From a virus, in IMG/VR virus record IMGVR_UViG_3300027896_000001, positions 32,001-96,000 of that record: DNA of 64,000 nucleotides. One strand, 5' to 3'. Both the position numbers and the translations under genes were made by a program. The notes under the pieces are model-generated. The model did not search any database. It was not told where the DNA came from and saw only the letters and a list, made by a program, of their open reading frames with translations. Each line of letters starts with the position of its first letter. The stretch's first letter is position 1. Below are positions 41,755-48,096 of this stretch, piece by piece.

Positions 41755-42388
41755 TGTTAAAAGGTTAATACAACTAAAATAGACAGCGAGAAGACGATCC
41801 GGCGAAGCACCTGAGCCAGTGCTGCTGACATCTCAAATCGAGTTGAAGCGCGCAGTGCCGACGACACGAGGCGACAGAAGTAATGAAAGAGTTCATGATA
41901 CGATGAGTTGGATGCGGGCAGGCTGAGCCGAAGGAGCAGCCGGACCTCAGACAGCTCATCGTGAAATGAACGATTTTCATTACTTCAAGACGAGTGCAGG
42001 TCGGAAAATCTTCAGCGAAGGATGACGCTGAAACACCTGAGCCCCTGACCGCATGGTCGAGGGGCCGAAGGCTTGTCTCATCTCCAGGCGCCCGCGAAGC
42101 GTGGCGAATATGGAGATGAGATGTTTTGAGGAATCCTGAAGCAATCGCGGGCTGGTGGCGCATAGCGGGAAGGGCTCGGGTCCGGCGCCTAGCGCCGGAT
42201 AAGAGCCCTGAAGCTCAATTGCGCCATCCAGAACGCGGTGGTGAAGATTTTAACGAGCACTTCGAATCGATCGATGTCAGCTGCTCTGGCGGTGGTGCTG
42301 GAGCCGTGTGAGGTGACGAGTGTGTTTTCTTTCGTCATTGATTGGCGAATCACCAACCTGGCAATAAACTTGTATTAACCTCTTAACA
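41755..42388 (-). ncRNA. Retron-like msr-msd unit A (about 630 nt, branched cargo)
   Basis: Terminal IR TGTTAA-A-AGGTTAATACAA (41755-41773) / TTGTATTAACCT-C-TTAACA (42370-42388). C at 41774 and 42369 gives G-G on the - strand. Hairpin GATTGG-CGAATCA-CCAACC at 42340-42358. Confidence 0.75.
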
Positions 42389-42395
42389 AATTTGA

Positions 42396-42656
42396 TAAAG
42401 TACAACTAAAAATGAATACGAGGGCGGGCTAGATTCTCCAGGAGGAGTAGCTGCAGTGCAGCATCAATCCGCCGACGCGGGGTCTGCACGTCGGGAAAAC
42501 AGACCAGTTTTACTGGTCTGATGAACCGACTGCACGACGCCGCGCTGGCGGAATTGATGCGAAACGCAGCGGAGCCTCCAGGAGAATAGGGCACGACGAG
42601 TTGTAATATTATTATCATCGATCGCCGAAACAGCGATCAAAAATGCTTGTACTTTA
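42396..42656 (-). ncRNA. Retron-like msr-msd unit B (rod-like cargo)
   Basis: IR TAAAGTACAA (42396-42405) / TTGTACTTTA (42647-42656). GATCGC-CGAAACA-GCGATC at 42620-42638. Long rod capped by AGACCAGT-TTT-ACTGGTCT. Confidence 0.78.
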
Positions 42657-43067
42657 GTTTGATGTTTCCACATTCAAAAAATAGTAACCGTTTTCCATTT
42701 TATCGCTTATCATTTCAGAAGCTAAACCAACTCCTGAACATGAGATGGTTCGAGATTCGGTATCAACAACAAACCTGATGCCTCGAAATGAAAAGTGTAA
42801 AAATTTATCAAGTTTGTCAGCCGCTTCCGCAGGAGTATTTTCTGTTTGTTTTGCAAAAGCAGCTTGCTTTTTTCTATCGATTATTTCGACATCTTTAGGT
42901 GTAAGAGCCACAATACATCCATCTGCATTTTTAGGTTCTCCCATATAATCATTACCTTCAAGTATGAATTTTTTAACATCTACACCTTCATTAAACGCGA
43001 CAACCGCGTGAAATGTAATTTTTGCGTTTACTTTTGTGCTTTTTTTTCTCTTCGGTTTTTCAAGCAA
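42654..43067 (-). CDS. Hypothetical protein embedded in the ncRNA array
   Basis: 137 aa, TTG start after AAGGAGG. Its stop codon overlaps the unit B arm. Confidence 0.65.
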   Translation of the reverse strand: MLEKPKRKKSTKVNAKITFHAVVAFNEGVDVKKFILEGNDYMGEPKNADGCIVALTPKDVEIIDRKKQAAFAKQTENTPAEAADKLDKFLHFSFRGIRFVVDTESRTISCSGVGLASEMISDKMENGYYFLNVETSN

Positions 43068-43096
43068 TTATTCCTCCTTGGTAAAAAAATATGAAA

Positions 43097-43116
43097 GGGG
43101 AGATTTTAATCTCCCC
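43097..43116. terminator. Hairpin between unit C and the 137-aa gene (terminator or processing site)
   Basis: GGGGAGAT-TTTA-ATCTCCCC, followed by a T-rich run on the - strand. Confidence 0.45.
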
Positions 43117-43123
43117 TCTCTGT

Positions 43124-43324
43124 TTGCAATATAACTTGATTGAACGTGATGATCTGCTACGGGCGAGCGACGGACCAGTATCCTTCCTAAGGATACCTGG
43201 TCCCGAGCGAGCCCGTTGCCAGATCAGAGCGGCTTCCTGCCCAATTGGGCAGGAATGGGCTTGTTTTGTGCTATTAGCACATACCAGGCGAAACACCTGG
43301 CGCCCTACTAAGCTTATATTGCAA
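43124..43324 (-). ncRNA. Retron-like msr-msd unit C
   Basis: IR TTGCAATATAA (43124-43134) / TTATATTGCAA (43314-43324). CCAGG-CGAAACA-CCTGG at 43284-43300. Cargo is a rod plus the palindrome TTCCTGCCCAATTGGGCAGGAA. Confidence 0.78.
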
Positions 43325-43335
43325 TTTTTTTATAT

Positions 43336-43610
43336 GAAATTAATACAACTAAATTCGATATTTTCTAGGGGTCATCAGGAGACTGTAGGGACCAAAAAGT
43401 CTGGTGCGCAATGCGGGCAGCAGAATTCTGACAGTCGTCACGTTCAGATTTCTCGTAGAGACATCGGAACGTGACAATCGTCAGAATTATGCTGACGACA
43501 TGGAGCACCAGACTGTTGGTCCGGGAAGGATCCTGATGACTGGGAGAAAATCCCATAGTTACTCTATAATGCTGTCGAAACAACAACGTAAAAAATCTTG
43601 TATTAATTTC
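43336..43610 (-). ncRNA. Retron-like msr-msd unit D (rod-like cargo)
   Basis: IR GAAATTAATACAA (43336-43348) / TTGTATTAATTTC (43598-43610). CGAAACA at 43576-43582. Rod GTCATCAGGA/TCCTGATGAC … CTC-GTA-GAG. Confidence 0.78.
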
Positions 43611-43611
43611 T

Positions 43612-44276
43612 AACAAATTTGCATAACTAAATTGAGCGGTAACTTCGATATGGAGAAAAAGGCTGGATATTTTACAAATTTCGCAAGGAACCGAATTGAA
43701 CGGCTTGACGGACGAAATTTGCCAGCTGGGTGGACCTGAGATCCGTTGAGTCGTGCCCATGAGGTGGGGAGCAAAAGGCCGAAGGCCTTGTGAGCCACCT
43801 TGATGGGCAAAGACTCAGAGGATCGGTGGTCCAAGAAGCTGGTAAATTTTGTCGACTAGCCGTTTCAGATTCCGAGAAATTTGTAAAATTGATGCCGGTT
43901 GGTCTTCTTACGCTGCGAGCGCAGTCCGAGGGCTTTTACAATTTCTTCTTCAGGCTGAACCTGAAGAAAAATTGTAAAAACGTAGGACAAGCGAGGGACG
44001 TAAGAAGATCAATTTTCGACATATCGAAAAGGACCGGGACATAGCCTTCGAGGATGAATCAACGCAAATTTTCGAGTACGAACGTTCAAGCGACGTTCCA
44101 GACAAAGCTCGAGAAGACCACTTCTCGAGCTCTGTCTGGAAAAGGAACTGAACGTCCGTGCGAAGTAAATTTGAATTGATTTATCCGGGTAAGAAGGCGT
44201 TCATTTATAACACTTATTCCTGAACGAAACATTCAGGTCGAGATCGGGGACCTCGAAAAAACTTATGCAAATTGTT
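43612..44276 (-). ncRNA. Retron-like msr-msd unit E (about 660 nt, three-armed cargo)
   Basis: IR AATTTGCATAA (43616-43626) / TTATGCAAATT (44263-44273). CCTGAA-CGAAACA-TTCAGG at 44219-44237 plus a second hairpin TCGAG…CTCGA. Confidence 0.78.
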
Positions 44277-44377
44277 TTAAACACAACGTTTGCGCTATGC
44301 TGACGTGCCGGTTCCTCCGGCATGTGGCTTTAGCCCTTGCAGCATGGCGCTGTTAGGTGCTGTAAAATTTGTTTCCA

Positions 44378-45160
44378 TTATTTGTTTTTGCGCCTCTTCA
44401 TTAATTTTTCTTTTTCGGCTGACGTGAGCGAACCCAGGTCGAGAGAGCCGCCAATCTCGGTGGGCAGTTTCAGCCCAGCGGCTGACGTGAGCGAACGCAG
44501 GTCGAGAGAGCCGCACTTTGTGGGCAGTTTCAGCCCAGCGGCTGACGTGAGCGAACCCAGGTCGAGATAGCCGTCAATCTCGGTGGGCAGTTTCAGCCCA
44601 GCGGCTGACGTGAGCGAACCCAGGTAGAGAGAGCCGCCAATCTCGGTGGGCAGTTTCAGCCCAGCGGCTGACGTGAGCGAACCCAGGTCGAGAGAGCCGC
44701 CAATCTCGGTGGGCAGTTTCAGCCCAGCGGCTGACGTGAGCGAACCCAGGTAGAGAGAGCCGCACTTTGTGGGCAGTTTCAACCCAGCGGCTGACGTGAG
44801 CGAACGCAGGTCGAGAGAGCCGCACTTTGTGGGCAGTTTCAGCCCAGCGGCTGACGTGAGCGAACCCAGGTCGAGAGAGCCGCTATATATTCCATTTTTG
44901 CACGTCTCGCCCATTGCCCAATTGAAAAACTCAACGAACGACGGATAATGATTTTTCAACCGCTCGTTACATTCCTGCTCAGTTATTTTATCAGTAGGGG
45001 CAACGCGGCAGACTATTTGTCCGCTCGGTAAATAGTGCCCTTCGCGCCATAGCTTTTCGTTCAACTCCAATTTCGCTTGCGTCTCGCTGTGCGATTCTAA
45101 ATTAAAAACCGCGACGTCCCCATTATCGGGGCGATGAAAAAAACTGATGAATTGGCACAT
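44378..45160 (-). CDS. Leucine-rich-repeat-like protein with about eight 20/21-aa repeats (GSLDLGSLTSAAGLKLPT[KC/EIG])
   Basis: ORF track; near-identical 60/63-nt tandem DNA repeats; AAAGGA RBS. Confidence 0.8.
   Translation of the reverse strand: MCQFISFFHRPDNGDVAVFNLESHSETQAKLELNEKLWREGHYLPSGQIVCRVAPTDKITEQECNERLKNHYPSFVEFFNWAMGETCKNGIYSGSLDLGSLTSAAGLKLPTKCGSLDLRSLTSAAGLKLPTKCGSLYLGSLTSAAGLKLPTEIGGSLDLGSLTSAAGLKLPTEIGGSLYLGSLTSAAGLKLPTEIDGYLDLGSLTSAAGLKLPTKCGSLDLRSLTSAAGLKLPTEIGGSLDLGSLTSAEKEKLMKRRKNK
44416..44883 (-). repeat. Coding tandem repeat, 60/63-nt period, about 8 copies
   Basis: GGCTGACGTGAGCGAAC[C/G]CAGGT[C/A]GAGAGAGCCG… recurs; lines 44461 and 44521 begin identically. Confidence 0.9.
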
Positions 45161-45227
45161 TGTATTTCCTTTCTTGTTTTAGGCGCAAAAACCTATTTAT
45201 ATTGCCTTGACAAATTTTATTGCATCC

Positions 45228-45392
45228 CAACTGAGATTTGATTCGTGATGGTTGCGCGAGTGGAGGTTGGTATAAAATACAACGTCTGCGTCGGTCGCAG
45301 AAGCGTTGTATTTTAGACCTACCGACTCGAGCCAACTATCGCGACCATTAACAATATAACAGCTCGGTCGAAACAACCGAATGAAACTTGTG
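45228..45392 (-). ncRNA. Retron-like msr-msd unit F (short, degenerate terminal IR)
   Basis: CAA-C-TGAGATTTG start, TCGGT-CGAAACA-ACCGA at 45364-45380, AAAC-TTG end. Rod GTGATGGTTG/CAACTATCGC and TAAAATACAACG/CGTTGTATTTTA. Only about 3-5 bp of closing stem. Confidence 0.6.
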
Positions 45393-45393
45393 T

Positions 45394-46512
45394 TTATTTT
45401 TCTTTCGGAACACCCTCTCCGAGCATTGTGTCGGCGGCTTTTTTGCCAAGGTTTTCCGGAATTATTGATTCTCCCTCAGGCCGCTCTACCACGTCTCCGG
45501 CAATATCCCCTTCGTCGGCATCAGGAGGAAACTGAACTGCGATATCTCTTTGCTCGTCGATATTTACTGGAACAGCCCCTTCAACATCAATAGCTTCTTC
45601 CATAGCGGATTTTGAAGCCTCAAGAAGTTTTGCACTTGCGTCTCCGAGTAAAGATACTGCGCCGGCTTCTCCTATCATTCTGGACTGTTTTGCTTTCGAT
45701 GCTAATCCTCTTTTTATCGGTTCCATTACAGAATCGATAAACTCTGGAGTCGGCATTATATCCGTAATGAACACATCACGGCCGCCTGACTTTACCTTAC
45801 GATGAATGAGGAATAGTTTTGCTCCAAACATCCCATCATAAGGAAGAGGTTTTCCCGCTTCAATTTGTTTTACCATGTGGGCTGCTCTTAGCAGCATTGT
45901 AAGATCTATAAATGCGGATTCGAATCCGACTATTGTGTTAATGCTACGAGTTTCAAATCTGTAAGGATTAGGAGCTAAATCAATAACAGGAAAGCATTTT
46001 AGCAATCCCATTTGTTTGCATTTTCCTGCTTTAAAATCAGGACATTCATGAAACAGACATCCGCTTTCGGGAAATCTTATTTCCCATTTGCGGTCTGTTG
46101 CCCCAACAATAAGTTGTTTTGCTTCGGTGCCTTTTCCGTGAGACTTGCACAGCAGGCCTTCACTAGAAGAATATTTTGCCAAATAACTTTCCCACATATC
46201 AGGAACTTCTTTGGCAAGACAGCATACCTCAACTCTTCTTGGTTGAGGACTTTTATTATTTGCTGATTCCAGCATTTTTTGAATAGGTTCATTTAAAACC
46301 CATTCTTTTACTGCTACAATTTTCTGTTCTCTCCCGATGCGTTGCGTCTTTACTATTTCTTTAAGCATTCTATAAAATCCACAAGCGACTGGAGAATTAA
46401 CAGTATTTGGCGGTTCAAGAGGCCCGTATCCAGTGGATATTTTTCCACGATATTTTGTTACCTTGGTGGGCTCTCCATTTTCATCATGAGTCATTCCTAC
46501 TATCAAGAGCAC
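45394..46512 (-). CDS. Gp3-like / recombination-directionality-factor-like protein
   Basis: RGKISTG at the N-terminus, C…ECP…KCK..G.L and YRFETRSINTI, matching the pattern I recall for this phage family. Confidence 0.55.
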   Translation of the reverse strand: MLLIVGMTHDENGEPTKVTKYRGKISTGYGPLEPPNTVNSPVACGFYRMLKEIVKTQRIGREQKIVAVKEWVLNEPIQKMLESANNKSPQPRRVEVCCLAKEVPDMWESYLAKYSSSEGLLCKSHGKGTEAKQLIVGATDRKWEIRFPESGCLFHECPDFKAGKCKQMGLLKCFPVIDLAPNPYRFETRSINTIVGFESAFIDLTMLLRAAHMVKQIEAGKPLPYDGMFGAKLFLIHRKVKSGGRDVFITDIMPTPEFIDSVMEPIKRGLASKAKQSRMIGEAGAVSLLGDASAKLLEASKSAMEEAIDVEGAVPVNIDEQRDIAVQFPPDADEGDIAGDVVERPEGESIIPENLGKKAADTMLGEGVPKEK

Positions 46513-46541
46513 CTCCTGTAAAAAATAAATCTGTTAATTAA

Positions 46542-46570
46542 AACGCCCTTGCGTCAACACAAGGGCGTTC
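46542..46570 (-). terminator. Intrinsic terminator-like hairpin
   Basis: AACGCCCTTG-CGTCAACA-CAAGGGCGTT with a T-run on the - strand. Confidence 0.55.
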
Positions 46571-46584
46571 CCTTTTTGTGTTGA

Positions 46585-47340
46585 TTAAAAATCTTCTACA
46601 TCAGGAACATGAGGAACCGCACTCGCATCTTCTCCAATTCCAACATCTCCGTGATCTACTGCTCCAGCGAATGATGGAGCATCGGAGGTATCAGAAGCCG
46701 GCGGCGGCACGCTTGGTCCTGGCAACACGAAGGTTTCGCTTTTATCGCCTTTTCTTGCCTGGACAATATTTTTAACCGTAAGGCGCGGTTTGCCGTCTCT
46801 GCCGAGAACTTCATCTACTATTGCCATTATTTGTTCCTTCATCTTGTGATCTTTCACAAGTTTGAAAGAACCATCGCGCTGTTCTTCGAAATCAGCCTGA
46901 AGATACTCGTGTATCCATTCAGGAGTTATAGAAATGCTCTTTGCTCCGGTTAATGCATAAAGGCGCGGTTTTGTAAACCTCATTATTTTATCAATTGCTT
47001 CTTGTGATGGCGGTTTTCCATCCGCAGTGGGACCTGGAGAAAGAACGATATTCATGAAAATACCGGATCCTTGTGGAACGCGCGGCGTTCCATCTACGAC
47101 TTTTAAATTAATGGTAAGATTAAGACTTTTCTTTTCAGCTGATATGAAAATATCAGGAAACTGTTTTGCATCTTCGCCTTTTTTACGATAGGCAAAAGTG
47201 GTGATTTCGCACAGGTAGTTTCCGGGTGCCGATATAGGAATCGCCTTTAATTCAATAGGCGCCCTATCAACAGAATTTTGTACCGCTTGTTTTTGCTCTT
47301 CGCTCTGAGCTGAAAAAAAGCGACTTAGTGCATCTCCCAT
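46585..47340 (-). CDS. Putative single-stranded DNA-binding protein (OB-fold-like, acidic tail)
   Basis: APGNYLCEI…LTINLKVVDG, Pro/Asp-rich tail ending VEDF, and location next to the primase-helicase. Confidence 0.5.
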   Translation of the reverse strand: MGDALSRFFSAQSEEQKQAVQNSVDRAPIELKAIPISAPGNYLCEITTFAYRKKGEDAKQFPDIFISAEKKSLNLTINLKVVDGTPRVPQGSGIFMNIVLSPGPTADGKPPSQEAIDKIMRFTKPRLYALTGAKSISITPEWIHEYLQADFEEQRDGSFKLVKDHKMKEQIMAIVDEVLGRDGKPRLTVKNIVQARKGDKSETFVLPGPSVPPPASDTSDAPSFAGAVDHGDVGIGEDASAVPHVPDVEDF

Positions 47341-47406
47341 TTAATCCTCCAATTCAGGTTAAAAGTACCATAATTGTTATTACAAAAAACTTAAGCTAAT
47401 AACTTA

Positions 47407-48096
47407 TTAAAAAGGCAATTCATCATCCTCAGTTACATAGGTTCTTTGAACGGTATTAGTCCCTATTGGATCAAATTGAGTCAGGAACTTTTCGACATCG
47501 ATTTCAGGTCCTTTTATTTTTTCCCAATCGGTGTCTATAACGTCTATTGGGTCTCTGCGTCCCCAAAACTCATATTCTATCCTTATTGGATCTATTTCAA
47601 TTCCAAACGGTTCAGGATCGAATAATTTAAATTTGTCAAGAACCCATTGAGGAACATACTCTTTTTTATGAGCATTTATCACATCATCATCAGTTGCTAA
47701 AAGAATGGCGACCATTTCCCTTTCAAGCCAATCTCCTTTTTTTAATACATCTATTCTGAATACAGAATGAACCTGGAGATATTGCTTTAATCCTGGGGAA
47801 AGGCTGATTATTTCCTGTAACATTTTTTGACGATATGAATTTCTTTTTGTCACCTCAAATAAAAATGCAGTATATTGCTGAGCAGTGTTTTCAATTCTTT
47901 CGCAAAAACCGCAATTTATATAAAAATTACATAATTGTTGAAGCTCGTTGTTTTTCCAATCATTCCAATTTATATACTCTTTTTTTTCCAAATTTTTAAC
48001 TAGCTCCGAAAGCCTTCCGCGCCTCTTGATTGATTTTAGCATTAGATTGAGCCGCTGAATATTCGAGAATATTAGATGTCTGTGCATTGTCTCCAA
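47407..48096 (-). CDS. Hypothetical protein with acidic DDELPF C-terminus
   Basis: ORF track; the true start is probably the internal MLKSIK. Ends in an SSB-like DDELPF. Confidence 0.6.
   Translation of the reverse strand: METMHRHLIFSNIQRLNLMLKSIKRRGRLSELVKNLEKKEYINWNDWKNNELQQLCNFYINCGFCERIENTAQQYTAFLFEVTKRNSYRQKMLQEIISLSPGLKQYLQVHSVFRIDVLKKGDWLEREMVAILLATDDDVINAHKKEYVPQWVLDKFKLFDPEPFGIEIDPIRIEYEFWGRRDPIDVIDTDWEKIKGPEIDVEKFLTQFDPIGTNTVQRTYVTEDDELPF

Noticed and set aside
41755-44276. Units as MITEs/IS remnants or integron attC cassettes
   Set aside because: The terminal repeats differ between units and there are no target-site duplications, transposase or integrase. The internal asymmetry (G-G apposition, one-sided CGAAACA hairpin) fits a retron-like layout better. 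An attC-like role is not formally excluded.
41774-44516. Short ORFs called over the array (41774-42163, 42126-42311, 42406-42618, 43060-43296, 43365-43760, 43610-43834, 43790-44044 etc.)
   Set aside because: They lack RBSs, have atypical composition and overlap on both strands. They are better explained as by-products of GC-rich self-complementary non-coding units.
44416-44883. CRISPR array or DGR template/variable repeat
   Set aside because: The repeats are contiguous, in frame and have no unique spacers. The differences are not adenine-specific, and there is no separate template repeat, RT or cas gene.
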